Below are positions 27,321 to 37,372 of a stretch of 64,000 nt of DNA, piece after piece. A program made the translations under genes and the position numbers. The stretch is from assembly GCA_944375905.1 (NCBI GenBank), contig CALWAS010000027.1, positions 57,679 to 121,678 of the forward strand, in the 5' to 3' direction. The notes under the pieces are model-generated. The model was not told where the DNA came from, ran no database searches, and was given only the letters and a program-made list of their open reading frames with translations. Each line of letters starts with the position of its first letter. The stretch's first letter is position 1. Source of the stretch: an uncultured Bacilli bacterium. Its GTDB lineage: Bacteria; Bacillota_I; Bacilli_A; RFN20; CAG-826.

Positions 27321-29117
27321 ATGGGGAATTTCGTCAGGACGCTCAGGCGGATGACAAAGGGCTATGGCTGGCTTCTTTTCTTCTCGCTCCTCGCCCAGGT
27401 CGTCATGATCTTCTTCAACGTCCTCGCCGTCTTCCTCCTCCAGCTCCTCGTCGATAGCATCGAGGGGCTTTCATCATTGGAAAGTTCATCTTTCCTCGAG
27501 CAGTGGCTCATTTTCATCCTGACCGGAGGAAAGGGGGCTTCCTTCCTTTTCGATAACCGCGGCTACATCATGCCGCTTGCCATCTTCGCGGCCGGGGCGC
27601 TCCTCGCCGCCTCGAGTTCCCTCCGAATGAGCCTCCGCGCCTATCTTTCAAGCGGCGTCAACGGCTCGATGCAGTACACCCTCTTCTCCCATCTCGAGCG
27701 CCTGCCCTATCCCTATTACAAACGGAGCAAGTCGGGCGACCTCATCCAGACGGCGACCCGGGACATCGACGTCCTCCGCCGCTTCCTCGTCCTCGACATC
27801 GGCAATTTCAACTACACGTTCTGGATGGTGCTTTTCTGCCTGAGCGTCCTGGCCATCCTTTCCTGGAAGCTCGCCCTCGTTTCCATCGCCCTCTTCCCGG
27901 CGATGTTCGTCTATTCCTTCTTCCTCATCAAGAAGGTGCGGGCCCGCTACCGCAAAACCGACGATGCCGAGGCCGTCCTAACCGACCGAATCAACGAGAA
28001 CCTCTTGGCCACCCGCATCGTCAAGGCCTACGGGGCCGAGCGGCGCGAGATCGCACGCTTCGACACCTTCCTCGACGACTACAAGGCCAAGTTCATTTCC
28101 TGGAGCCGCCTCCGGGGCTTCTTCTTCGCCTCGACCGACATCTTCGTCTTCGGCAGCAAGCTCCTTTCCCTCATCTTCAGCGCCTATCTCGTCTTCCTTG
28201 GGGAAATCGGCCCCGGGACCCTCGTCGTCGCCTTCCTTTTCATCGACATGATCGTCTGGCCCGTCCGCGATACCGCGACCTCCCTTTCCAACATGGGGCG
28301 CTATTTCGCCTCGGCCGACCGGGTAAGGGAAATCCTCGACGAGGAAATCGAGGACGTCGATAGCGGGCTCACCCCCGAAATCAAGGGCGAGATCCGCTTC
28401 GAGGACGTCCATTTCCACTATCCCGACAGCGACATCGAGACGATTTCCGGGGTTTCTTTCGTCCTCCCGGCGGGCAAAAGCCTCGCCATCATGGGCAAGA
28501 CCGGCTCCGGGAAGAGCACCCTCGCCTATCTTCTCACCCGGCTATACGAGCCGACCTCGGGTCACATTTACCTCGATGGAATCGACATCACCAAGATAAG
28601 CAAGCACCATCTTAGGCGGAACGTCATGCCCGTCCTCCAAGACCCCTTCCTCTTCTCGAAGTCGGTAAGCGAGAACATCAGGATGGGCAAGAAGGACGCC
28701 TCGATGGAGGAAGTGAGGAAGGCGGCCCGGATGGCCTCCCTCGAACGGACGGTCGAGCGCCTCGAGAAGGGCTACGACACGGCCGTCGGGGAAAAGGGAA
28801 CCTCCCTTTCGGGCGGGCAGAAGCAAAGGGTCGCGATCGCCCGCACCCTCGTCGCCTCTTCCCCGGTCCTCATCCTCGACGACTCCCTCTCCGCGGTCGA
28901 CACGGCGACCGACCGCCGGATCAGGACCAACCTCGCCTCCGAGAAGGATAGGCCCACCACCATCATCGTCACCCACCGGGTCATGACGGCCAAGGACTGC
29001 GACGAGATCATCGTCCTCGACCGCGGCCGGGTAAGCGAGCACGGAAGCCACGAGGAGCTTCTCTCGAAACCCGGGCTTTATAGGGAAATCGCCGCCATCC
29101 AGGGGAAAATGCAATGA
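27321..29117 (+). CDS. ABC exporter, fused permease/ATPase (type I exporter, heterodimer subunit A)
   Basis: Six N-terminal TM helices, then Walker A GKTGSGKSTL, signature LSGGQKQRVAIAR and Walker B LILDDSLSAVD. The start was chosen at the internal MGNFVRTLRRMTKGYGW; an alternative start is at 27351. Its stop overlaps the start of the next ABC gene (ATGA). Confidence 0.85.
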   Translation: MGNFVRTLRRMTKGYGWLLFFSLLAQVVMIFFNVLAVFLLQLLVDSIEGLSSLESSSFLEQWLIFILTGGKGASFLFDNRGYIMPLAIFAAGALLAASSSLRMSLRAYLSSGVNGSMQYTLFSHLERLPYPYYKRSKSGDLIQTATRDIDVLRRFLVLDIGNFNYTFWMVLFCLSVLAILSWKLALVSIALFPAMFVYSFFLIKKVRARYRKTDDAEAVLTDRINENLLATRIVKAYGAERREIARFDTFLDDYKAKFISWSRLRGFFFASTDIFVFGSKLLSLIFSAYLVFLGEIGPGTLVVAFLFIDMIVWPVRDTATSLSNMGRYFASADRVREILDEEIEDVDSGLTPEIKGEIRFEDVHFHYPDSDIETISGVSFVLPAGKSLAIMGKTGSGKSTLAYLLTRLYEPTSGHIYLDGIDITKISKHHLRRNVMPVLQDPFLFSKSVSENIRMGKKDASMEEVRKAARMASLERTVERLEKGYDTAVGEKGTSLSGGQKQRVAIARTLVASSPVLILDDSLSAVDTATDRRIRTNLASEKDRPTTIIVTHRVMTAKDCDEIIVLDRGRVSEHGSHEELLSKPGLYREIAAIQGKMQ

Positions 29118-31048
29118 GAGCCCTCGAAGAAGAGAAACTGCCAAGCAAGCTGAATCTCCGGATTTGGCTTCGGATGGGACGCTACATCCTCGATAGCCTC
29201 CCGGTCCTCATTACCATCGTCGTGGCGATGCTTTTCACCGCCTTCTACGACTCGAGCTTCGTCCCGGTGATGAATGCCGCCTTGACCGGCGGGGTTCCGG
29301 CCCTAAGCGCCTCCAAGGACTTTTTCGCGACCGAGCTAAGCATCGTCTTCGTATCCGGGCTCATCGAGATAAAGACGAGCATGGGGGTCTTCCTGATCCT
29401 CGAGATCGTGGCCATCCTCCTCCGCTCGGCCTCGATCTTCCTCACCTTCTATCTCACGAGCTACCTCGGGATGAAGATCATGGTGGGGCTCAGGAAGGAC
29501 AGCTTTGCCCACGTCCAGGAACTTTCCTTCTCCTATTTCGACAAGAACAATTCCGGCTGGCTCATCGCAAGGATGAACAACGACACCTCGGCCATCGGAG
29601 ACGTCCTCTCCAACGACATCGTCAACATCTTCTGGGCCCTTTTCGACATCGCCTTCACCCTCATCACGATGTTCGGGCGGGACATCGTCCTTTCCCTCGT
29701 CCTCCTCGCCTCCGTCCCCGTGATGTGCATCTTCGTCCCCCTTTTCGAGCGGGCGGTGCTCAAAAGATGGCGCGAGGCGCGGAACGCCTATAGCTATTTC
29801 GTCGGCTGGCTCGCCGAGGCCATCAACGGGGCCAAGACGATCAAGACCCTTGCGATCGAAGGCGAAGTCGCCGCCGAGGCAGAAACGATCGTCGAGGACA
29901 TCAAGGGGAAGCGCTTGAGGGCCAACCGGCTCGATGCCCTCTTCGGGCCCTTCGTCACCGTGATAAGCCAAAGCATGGTCGCCATCGTCGCGGCGGTCGG
30001 GATCTACCTCATCGGGGCGAGCGAAAGCGAGGCCGAGACGATCGCGACCGTCGTGATGTTCATCGGCTTCGTCGGGCAGATCTACAACCCGATCCAGCGC
30101 CTTAGCGAGATCTTCTCCGACTTCATGGCCAACCAGGCCGGGGCCGAGAAGGTGGCCCAGCTCCTCGACGCGAAGATCGACGTCGTCGATTCGCCCGAGG
30201 TCGTGGCCAAATACGGCACCGTCCTTGACCCGAAGGAAGAAGCCTACGCCCCGCTTGCCGGGGACATCGTCTTCGACAAGGTCTCCTTCTCCTACGTCGA
30301 GGGGACCGAGGTCATCCATTCCCTTTCCCTCACCGTGAAGGAAGGGACTTCTTTAGCCATCGTCGGGGAGACGGGAAGCGGGAAGACGACCCTCGTCAAC
30401 CTCCTCTGCCGCTTCTATGAGCCGAGCGGGGGGAAGATCCTCATCGGGGGCAAGGACTACCTTTCCTATTCGCTTGGCTATCTACGCAATAGCATCGGCT
30501 ACGTCCAGCAGACCCCCTTCGTCTTCGCCGCGACCTATTTCGAGAACATCGCCTATGGCGTCCCGGGCGCTTCCCTCGAGGAAGTGAGGAAAGCCGCGCG
30601 CTTCGTCGGGATCGACGATTTCATCATGGCCCAGGAAAAGGGCTACGACACCTTCCTCGTCGACGGCGGATCTTCCCTCAGCGAAGGGCAGAAGCAGCTC
30701 ATTTCCTTCGCCCGGGCGATTCTTAGGAACCCGCGCCTATTAATCCTCGACGAGGCGACGAGCTCGATCGACACGATGAGCGAGCAGTCGATCCAGAAGG
30801 CGTTAGGAAAGCTTCTCAAGGGACGGACCTCGATTACCATCGCCCACCGCCTCTCGACCATCGTCGACAGCGACCGGATCCTCGTGATGGACAAGGGAAA
30901 GATCGTCGAGGACGGGAACCACCGCGAGCTCATCGAGAAAAAAGGCGTCTATTACCGTCTCTATATGAACCAGTTCCAGGATCTCAACCTTTCCGATCAG
31001 CTCGAGGTCTACGAGAGGGACATCGTAAAGAAAGGGATAAAGCTTTAA
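29114..31048 (+). CDS. ABC exporter, fused permease/ATPase (heterodimer subunit B)
   Basis: TM domain followed by Walker A GETGSGKTTL, signature LSEGQKQLISFARA and Walker B LILDEATSSID. Translationally coupled to the preceding gene. Confidence 0.85.
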   Translation: MRALEEEKLPSKLNLRIWLRMGRYILDSLPVLITIVVAMLFTAFYDSSFVPVMNAALTGGVPALSASKDFFATELSIVFVSGLIEIKTSMGVFLILEIVAILLRSASIFLTFYLTSYLGMKIMVGLRKDSFAHVQELSFSYFDKNNSGWLIARMNNDTSAIGDVLSNDIVNIFWALFDIAFTLITMFGRDIVLSLVLLASVPVMCIFVPLFERAVLKRWREARNAYSYFVGWLAEAINGAKTIKTLAIEGEVAAEAETIVEDIKGKRLRANRLDALFGPFVTVISQSMVAIVAAVGIYLIGASESEAETIATVVMFIGFVGQIYNPIQRLSEIFSDFMANQAGAEKVAQLLDAKIDVVDSPEVVAKYGTVLDPKEEAYAPLAGDIVFDKVSFSYVEGTEVIHSLSLTVKEGTSLAIVGETGSGKTTLVNLLCRFYEPSGGKILIGGKDYLSYSLGYLRNSIGYVQQTPFVFAATYFENIAYGVPGASLEEVRKAARFVGIDDFIMAQEKGYDTFLVDGGSSLSEGQKQLISFARAILRNPRLLILDEATSSIDTMSEQSIQKALGKLLKGRTSITIAHRLSTIVDSDRILVMDKGKIVEDGNHRELIEKKGVYYRLYMNQFQDLNLSDQLEVYERDIVKKGIKL

Positions 31049-31099
31049 AAATCCTCACTCCTTCTCCTTTTGCGCGCATAATAGCCTACGAAAGAGGGA

Positions 31100-33334
31100 A
31101 TGGAAATGAAAAGCAGATCCTTTATTGCCCTTGGGGCCTTGCTCCTCGGGCTTTCTTCGTGCACGGGGTTCACGCAAAGGGCCGTCGCGGGGATCGAGAA
31201 GACCGGAACCGAGGGGAACGTCGACACTTACACGATAACCTACACCGACGGAACGACGGAGACCTTCACGGTCACCAATGGGACCGACGGGGAGGACGGC
31301 GCCTCCCCCACCGTCGAGATCGGTGAGAACGGGAACTGGTACATTGACGGCGAGGACACCGGGATAGCCGCGGAGGGTCCCCAAGGGCCACAGGGCGAGC
31401 AAGGGACGCAAGGCGAAACCGGTTCTCAAGGGCCTCAGGGCGAGACGGGGCCGCAGGGCCCCGAGGGGGAACAAGGCCCCCAGGGCGAGCAGGGACCCCA
31501 GGGCCCCGAGGGGGAACAAGGCCCCCAGGGCGAGCAGGGACCCCAGGGCGAAGCCGGTGATACCCCATACATCGGGGAAAACGGGAACTGGTGGGTTGAT
31601 GGCAAAGATACCGGAACCGCCGCGCAGGGCCCGCAAGGTGAAGGCTCGACCATCGAAATAGGGGCGAACGGAAACTGGTGGATCGACGGCGTCGACAGCG
31701 GCGTTTCAGCCTACGGATCGGCCTCCGTCTGCACAGTCACCCTCGACCCCAGGGGCGGGACGATGCCGGCCGGCTCCTTTGGGTCCTACGAAGTCAAGTT
31801 CGGCGCGACTATTCCGTCGCTCCCGGAGCCGGAGAAGGAAGGCTACGAATTCCTCGGCTGGTACACGGGCGAAGGGGAAAGCGACGGCGAGTTCACGACC
31901 ACCACTCCCGTCACCGGCGACCTCAACCTCATCGCGAAATGGGATTCGATCGAGGAGTACACATATACGATAACGTGGGTCGATTACGACATGACCGTCC
32001 TCGAGATCGACCGGGATGTAAATGCCGGCGAGATGCCGCGTTACAACGGGCGGGAGCCGGAAAGGGATCCCGACGTCGGCGTCGTCTACACGTTCGCGGG
32101 TTGGACGCCGGAGATCGAGCCGGTTTCCTCGGATGCGGTCTACATGGCAACGTACGAAGCGGAGGCGGCAAGCGTCCTCGTCAGCTTCGACCTCGGGGAA
32201 TACGGCAGCCTCAACCAGAGCCAATTTGCAGTTCCCTACGGTGGGACAGTCGACGAGCCGGAAATAGACAAATCCGAAGTTCCGGCGAACTACGGCTTCG
32301 TCGGGTGGTACCTCGACCCCGGCTTCACGGACCCGGCCTCCTTCCCCTTTGATGTGACCGAGGACACGACTTTCTACGGACGCTGGGAGGAGGCGAGCGA
32401 CCAGCTCACCTACTACTACGATTCAAGCTACGACGGCTACGTGGTCAGGAGCTACAACGAACGCGTGGTCGTGGATTCGGTCGTCGTCCCTTCCTCCTAC
32501 GACGACGGTATAAACGGCGAGAAGCCGGTCGTCGGCATCCAGAACGCCTTCGCATCCAGCAATAACGTCAAGTCGATCATACTTCCGGAAGGCATCCGCT
32601 TCATCGGGGACCGGGCCTTCTACGGAAGTTCGCTAGAGATAATAAATTTTCCATCGTCCCTCGAGGAAATAGGACCAAGCGCCTTCGAATCGTCTAATAT
32701 AAAGACATCCGACCTTTCTGCGACATCCATCGCGGAAATCCCGGAAAGCGCCTTCAAAAAGTCTCTGCTAGAAAACATCTCGCTGCCGGAAAGCCTAAAG
32801 AGAATCGGGGACAACGCATTCGATACGTGTCGCGTCCTGAGCATATGGCTTCCAGAAGGTCTTATTAGCATTGGGGAGAACGCTTTCATCAGTTGCTTCT
32901 CCCTTAGGAATATCTCTGTGCCAAATGGATTGCAGAGCATCGGAGATGGCGCTTTCTTCAACTGCTGGGCCTTGGAAAGCTTCTCTTTGCCTGACGGGCT
33001 AAAAAGAATTGAGGCTGGCACATTTAACGGCTGCGGTTCTCTCAAGAACATAACGCTACCAGAAGGCCTTGAGTACATCGATTCTAACGCATTCTCGGGT
33101 TGTGCTTCCCTAAATAGTATTGTCATTCCATCCAGCGTTCAGACATTAATCCAAAACGCCTTCTACAACTGTTCATCGCTCACTATCTATTCGATGACAT
33201 CCTCCAAGCCCGGAGGATGGGATCCAGCGTGGAACGCTTCTTGTCCCGTCTACTGGTACTCGGAGGAGAATCCGGGCAACATTCCCGGCAACTTCTGGCA
33301 CTACGACGAGGAAGGGCTGCCGACCAAGTGGTAG
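31100..33334 (+). CDS. Surface lipoprotein with a collagen-like Gly-X-Y segment, Listeria-Bacteroides (Flg_new-type) repeats and C-terminal BspA-type LRRs
   Basis: N-terminal [24 protein letters not shown] (lipobox). Residues about 95-150 form the collagen-like repeat [40 protein letters not shown]. Repeated VTLDPRGG...GYEFLGWY / YTFAGWTPE / [12 protein letters not shown] units follow. The C-terminal third consists of IPEGLxxIGxxAFxxCxSL LRR units. Confidence 0.75.
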   Translation: MEMKSRSFIALGALLLGLSSCTGFTQRAVAGIEKTGTEGNVDTYTITYTDGTTETFTVTNGTDGEDGASPTVEIGENGNWYIDGEDTGIAAEGPQGPQGEQGTQGETGSQGPQGETGPQGPEGEQGPQGEQGPQGPEGEQGPQGEQGPQGEAGDTPYIGENGNWWVDGKDTGTAAQGPQGEGSTIEIGANGNWWIDGVDSGVSAYGSASVCTVTLDPRGGTMPAGSFGSYEVKFGATIPSLPEPEKEGYEFLGWYTGEGESDGEFTTTTPVTGDLNLIAKWDSIEEYTYTITWVDYDMTVLEIDRDVNAGEMPRYNGREPERDPDVGVVYTFAGWTPEIEPVSSDAVYMATYEAEAASVLVSFDLGEYGSLNQSQFAVPYGGTVDEPEIDKSEVPANYGFVGWYLDPGFTDPASFPFDVTEDTTFYGRWEEASDQLTYYYDSSYDGYVVRSYNERVVVDSVVVPSSYDDGINGEKPVVGIQNAFASSNNVKSIILPEGIRFIGDRAFYGSSLEIINFPSSLEEIGPSAFESSNIKTSDLSATSIAEIPESAFKKSLLENISLPESLKRIGDNAFDTCRVLSIWLPEGLISIGENAFISCFSLRNISVPNGLQSIGDGAFFNCWALESFSLPDGLKRIEAGTFNGCGSLKNITLPEGLEYIDSNAFSGCASLNSIVIPSSVQTLIQNAFYNCSSLTIYSMTSSKPGGWDPAWNASCPVYWYSEENPGNIPGNFWHYDEEGLPTKW
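31454..31543 (+). repeat. Perfect 45-bp tandem duplication inside the collagen-like coding segment
   Basis: CAGGGCCCCGAGGGGGAACAAGGCCCCCAGGGCGAGCAGGGACCC occurs twice in tandem, encoding the 15-aa unit [15 protein letters not shown]. Confidence 0.8.
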
Positions 33335-33348
33335 GCTAAGATATGAAC

Positions 33349-33378
33349 AAAGGGTCTTCGGACCCTTTTTTCATTGAA
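33349..33378 (+). terminator. Rho-independent terminator after the collagen-like/LRR gene
   Basis: AAAGGGTCTTCGGACCCTTTTTTC: a GGGTC/GACCC stem followed by T6, 15 bp past the stop. Confidence 0.6.
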
Positions 33379-33946
33379 AGGAAGAGGGCTTTGCCATCAA
33401 TTTTCCTTCCTTAACTCTAAAATTTAGGTTTCTTTGACTAGCAAAAAGCCCGGCCTCATCGAGCGGCCGGGTGAAGAGAGTTAGCGATGATGCCCTAGGC
33501 GGCAATCTGGTTGCAAAGGCTTTGAAATAGTCGTCTAAAAGATCGAAAGAGAGCCAGTAGCCGGCCTCTTGGCTAACGGACTAAATGCAGCAGACGGTCG
33601 GCTTATCCTATGGAAGGGCGAAATCGGATTTTTCATCGATGGCAGAAAAAATAAGCTTGGAGTCCATAGGCATCCCAATTAAAAAGGCATCGCCCCTAAG
33701 AAAATAGACAATGAGGGCTAGGTCGCGACGAGACGCCGGGTTTATGGCCAATTGCCGGTCCCTAGCGGATATCGAACTCGCTGGAAGCAAGTTCATCTAA
33801 GCTTCCGCCGCCCCGAGGGCAGAAGCCCACCTGATAAATGGAGAAAGGCGACCAAGAAAGAAAACTAGACGGATAGCAAGGCAAATTCATAGCATCCGGG
33901 CATAGGGTCTTTTACTGCCGTTCATCGGTAAAAAGGGATAAAAGTA

Positions 33947-33975
33947 CGAAAAAGCCCCGCGTTTGGGGCTTTTAT
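33947..33975. terminator. Bidirectional terminator downstream of the minus-strand glgB-glgP-...-membrane-protein operon
   Basis: AAAAGCCCCGCGTTTGGGGCTTTTAT: a GCCCC/GGGGC stem flanked by an A-run and a T-run, immediately after the stop of the 147-aa membrane-protein gene. Confidence 0.55.
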
Positions 33976-34418
33976 CACTTCTTTCCCCTTTTTTCGTCGG
34001 GGTCGCCGTAATCGCGCTGGGCAAACTTCTGGTCGAAGACCGCGTCGGCCAAGGGGATGGCCGCGAGCAACGGGAAGACGTAGAGGAAGGCCACGTTCCC
34101 ACCCTGGGAAAGAACGAAGATCGATGCTGAGAGCCCGAAGGCGAGCTGGACAAGATCGGTGACGATGATCTTCGTCCAGGGCTTGTTCGGGAAGAAAAGA
34201 TAGAAAGAGGCGCGGACGAGGGCAACAACGGCACATGGCAGGCTCAAGATGAGCGAGAGGGCGACCATGAGCGAGGCGTTCGACTCGTAGGAGGCGAAGA
34301 AATCGAGGGCGGAAAGGAAGCCGCCCGAGGCCTCGAAGAGGGGAACGATTGGGAAGAACGCCGCTCCAAGAACCGCGAACAGGCTCGTGAAGAGGACGAA
34401 TAGCTGCCGATTCGACAT
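33975..34418 (-). CDS. Small integral membrane protein (147 aa), unknown function
   Basis: Four predicted hydrophobic helices (LFVLFTSLFAVLGAAFFPIVPLF and others). Its start overlaps the stop of the upstream gene by 1 bp. Confidence 0.55.
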   Translation of the reverse strand: MSNRQLFVLFTSLFAVLGAAFFPIVPLFEASGGFLSALDFFASYESNASLMVALSLILSLPCAVVALVRASFYLFFPNKPWTKIIVTDLVQLAFGLSASIFVLSQGGNVAFLYVFPLLAAIPLADAVFDQKFAQRDYGDPDEKRGKK

Positions 34419-34933
34419 CAGTATCCGGTCTCCTGCCGGCGGTAGTTGACCGCCAGCTTCTTCTTATAGGCCTCCACCGCCTCTTCGGGCTCGTAGCCGA
34501 GGAGGGGGAGGATGTTGAGGAAGCTCGAGAAAGCCTTCGCGTAGGACTTCGGCTCGTAGGAAGCGGCGAGGTTCACCGCATTGTAGTAGGCGACGAGGAT
34601 CTGCTTGGTGAGCGTGTCCTGGTCCTTCTTGAAATGGTGGGTGTAGCTCTCGACCCCGAGGGGAATCCCGAGCGAGAGGAAGAAATGGAGGGCGTCCGCG
34701 TACTCGTCGAGGATCTTTTCCTTGCTTGAAGGCGGCTTGTTCGACCAATACTTGAAGCAGCGCGTCTCGTTGGCCATCTCCCCGAGCTCGACGAGGAGGG
34801 CGAGAAGGCGTTCGTGGAACGTCGTCTCGTAGCTCACCTTGTGGAGGGAAGCGATTTCCTTGTCGAGCTCGGCTTGAAGGGCGAAGAGAGGCGTGAGGAC
34901 GATCTTGTCGCTCACTTTCCTTCCTCGAAGCAC
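34418..34933 (-). CDS. All-alpha NTP pyrophosphohydrolase, dimeric-dUTPase/MazG-like (tentative)
   Basis: 171 aa. The helical HERLLALLVELGEMANETRCFKYWS and EYADALHFFLSLG segments resemble dimeric dUTPase (dUTPase_2) / MazG-type folds. It overlaps the glgP stop by 22 bp. Confidence 0.4.
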   Translation of the reverse strand: MLRGRKVSDKIVLTPLFALQAELDKEIASLHKVSYETTFHERLLALLVELGEMANETRCFKYWSNKPPSSKEKILDEYADALHFFLSLGIPLGVESYTHHFKKDQDTLTKQILVAYYNAVNLAASYEPKSYAKAFSSFLNILPLLGYEPEEAVEAYKKKLAVNYRRQETGY

Positions 34934-37335
34934 GGAGTAAGGTGCCAGATGTCGCGGTTGTATTCCTCGATCGTGCGGTCGCTCGAGAAGAAGCCGCTAT
35001 TGGCGATGTTGTGGATGCAGCTTTCGGCCCACCGCGCCTTGTCTTCATAGAAGCGGTCGGCCTTCTCGCAAGCCTCGCAATAGGAAGCGAAGTCCTTGAG
35101 GATGAGGAACTGGTCCCCGCGGTTCATGACCTCGTCGAAGATGAGGCGGAAGCGGTCGGGATGGCGCTCGGCCCACGGGCCGTTGAATAGCGAATCGAGG
35201 ACGTTCTTGACCCGGGGGTCGCTATTGTAGACGTCCCACGGGTTGTAGCGTCCGGAGGCGAGAAGCGACTCGACCTCGTCGGCGGTAAGGCCGAAGATGA
35301 TCTCGTTGTCCCTTCCAGCCCGGTCGGCGATCTCGATGTTGGCGCCGTCGAGGGTGCCGATCGTGATGGCCCCGTTCATCATGAGCTTCATGTTCGAGGT
35401 GCCGCTCGCTTCCTTCCCTGCCGTCGAGATCTGCTCGGAGAGGTCGCTCGCCGGGATGATCTTCTCGGCCAAGGAGACGCCATAGTCCTCGACGAAGCAG
35501 ATCTTCATGAGCTTCGAGGCGCCCGGGTCGTTGTTGACGACGTCGGCAACCGCGAGGATGAGCTCGATGATGCGCTTGGCATACTCGTAGCTCGGCGCGG
35601 CCTTGGCCCCGAAGATGTAGGTATGGGGAACCATCTTGAAGTTCTTCGGATCGGCCTTGTAGATGAGGTAGTTGCTCATGATGTGGAAGAGATTCATGAG
35701 CTGGCGCTTATAGGCGTGGAGACGCTTGATCTGGGTGTCGAAGATCGTCTTCGGGTCGATTTCGAGGCCGTATTTGCGGTAGACGAAGGCAGCGAAATCC
35801 TTCTTGTTTTCTTCCTTGACCTTCATGACGGCTTTCTGGAAAGCCTTGTCGCTAGCATAGGCATCGAGTTTCCTGATGTCCTCGAAATGCCTGATCCAGG
35901 AATCGCCGATCTTGCTCGTGATGAGCTCGGCGAGCCGCGGGTTGGCGTAGACGAGCCATCTCCGGTGGGTGACGCCGTTGGTCTTGTTGTTGAATTTCTC
36001 CGGGAAGAGCTCGTAGAAGTCCTTGAAGGTGTAGTTCTCGAGGATCCCGGTATGGATCTTGGCGACGCCGTTCACCGAATAGCCGGCATAGATCGCCATG
36101 TTCGTCATGTGGATCTGGCCGTCTTTGATGATCGACATCCGGTAGCGGCGGCTTTCGTCGATGCCCTTCTCGAGGAGAAGGAGGTTAAACCGGCGGTTGA
36201 TCTCCTCGATGATCATGTAGACGCGCGGGAGGAGGTCCCGGACGTAGTTGACCGGCCACCGCTCGAGGGCTTCCGGCATGACGGTGTGGTTGGTGTAGGC
36301 GATCGTGTGGGTGACGACGTCCCAGGCCTCGTCCCAGCCGTATCCGTGCTCGTCCATGAGAAGGCGCATCATCTCGGGGATCGAGAGGATCGGGTGGGTG
36401 TCGTTGAGCTGGAAGGCCCAGTGGTCCTTGAAGTGGTCGAGGTTGCCATAGTGGCCGATTTCGCTATTGATGGCGCTCTGGAGCCCGGCCGAGACGAGGA
36501 AGTACTGCTGGCGGAGCCGGAGGAGGCGCCCATGCTCGGTGCTATCGTCCGGATAAAGCCCGTAGGAGAGTTCCTTGAGGGTCGAGAGATACTCGTTGAA
36601 GGAGCAATCGGTCGGGAGGTTTTCCTCCGAGGGCTCGGCGCTCCAAAGGCGGAGGAGGTTGGCCTCGCCGTTTTTGTAGCCGACGACGGTGACGTCGTAA
36701 GGAACGGCCCGGATCGAGCGAGCATTGACGAGCCGCATCGCGTAGGAGCCGTCGGGCTTTAGATAGGTCTCGCTATTGCCATAGAACTTGACTTCCACCG
36801 CATGCTTCGGCTTCCTCACTTCGAAGACGAAGCCGTTGGATAGCCACTGGTCGGGGAGCTCGACTTGCTTCCCGTCGACGAATTTCTGGCGGAAGAAGCC
36901 GTATTCGTAGCGGATGGTGTCCCCGTGGACGGGGAGGGCAAGGGAGGCGGCGCTATCGAGGAAGCAAGCCGCGAGGCGGCCGAGGCCGCCGTTGCCGAGG
37001 CCGGCATCGCGCTCCTGGTCCTCGAGCTCGCTGATGTCGATCCCGTATTCGGCAAGCCCTTTCTTGGCAACGTCATAGACGCCGAGGTTCTGCATGTTGT
37101 TGAGTAAGAGCCTCCCGATGAGGAATTCCATCGAGAAGTAGACGAGCTGCTTCCGCCCGTGCTTGTTGATGTCCTCCATCGAGTCGCGGAGGGAATAGCC
37201 GGCGTAGTCGCGCACCATCTCGCCGAGGACGTCGTAACGCTCGGTGATGTGGCTCTCCTCGACGGTGCGGCCGAATTTCTCGCTGAGCCGCCTCGCGAAT
37301 TCCTCTTTGAAGGCTTTGACGCTGTCGAACATCAT
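34912..37335 (-). CDS. glgP: Glycogen/maltodextrin phosphorylase
   Basis: 807 aa. PLP-site motif EASGTSNMKLMMNGAITIGTLDGANIEI with family-wide conservation (LGNGGLGRLAACFLDS). Confidence 0.95.
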   Translation of the reverse strand: MMFDSVKAFKEEFARRLSEKFGRTVEESHITERYDVLGEMVRDYAGYSLRDSMEDINKHGRKQLVYFSMEFLIGRLLLNNMQNLGVYDVAKKGLAEYGIDISELEDQERDAGLGNGGLGRLAACFLDSAASLALPVHGDTIRYEYGFFRQKFVDGKQVELPDQWLSNGFVFEVRKPKHAVEVKFYGNSETYLKPDGSYAMRLVNARSIRAVPYDVTVVGYKNGEANLLRLWSAEPSEENLPTDCSFNEYLSTLKELSYGLYPDDSTEHGRLLRLRQQYFLVSAGLQSAINSEIGHYGNLDHFKDHWAFQLNDTHPILSIPEMMRLLMDEHGYGWDEAWDVVTHTIAYTNHTVMPEALERWPVNYVRDLLPRVYMIIEEINRRFNLLLLEKGIDESRRYRMSIIKDGQIHMTNMAIYAGYSVNGVAKIHTGILENYTFKDFYELFPEKFNNKTNGVTHRRWLVYANPRLAELITSKIGDSWIRHFEDIRKLDAYASDKAFQKAVMKVKEENKKDFAAFVYRKYGLEIDPKTIFDTQIKRLHAYKRQLMNLFHIMSNYLIYKADPKNFKMVPHTYIFGAKAAPSYEYAKRIIELILAVADVVNNDPGASKLMKICFVEDYGVSLAEKIIPASDLSEQISTAGKEASGTSNMKLMMNGAITIGTLDGANIEIADRAGRDNEIIFGLTADEVESLLASGRYNPWDVYNSDPRVKNVLDSLFNGPWAERHPDRFRLIFDEVMNRGDQFLILKDFASYCEACEKADRFYEDKARWAESCIHNIANSGFFSSDRTIEEYNRDIWHLTPCFEEGK

Positions 37336-37372
37336 AGTTGGTCGTGGTTCCTTTCTAATTTGCGCGGGTCCT

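Noticed and set aside
31400-31560. Short direct repeats that might suggest a CRISPR-like array
   Set aside because: The repeats are in-frame Gly-X-Y collagen-like codons inside a coding gene. There are no spacers of unique sequence and no cas genes.
33608-33796. 62-aa minus-strand ORF in the long convergent intergenic region
   Set aside because: No RBS, odd composition, and a location between two terminators. It is more likely noncoding.
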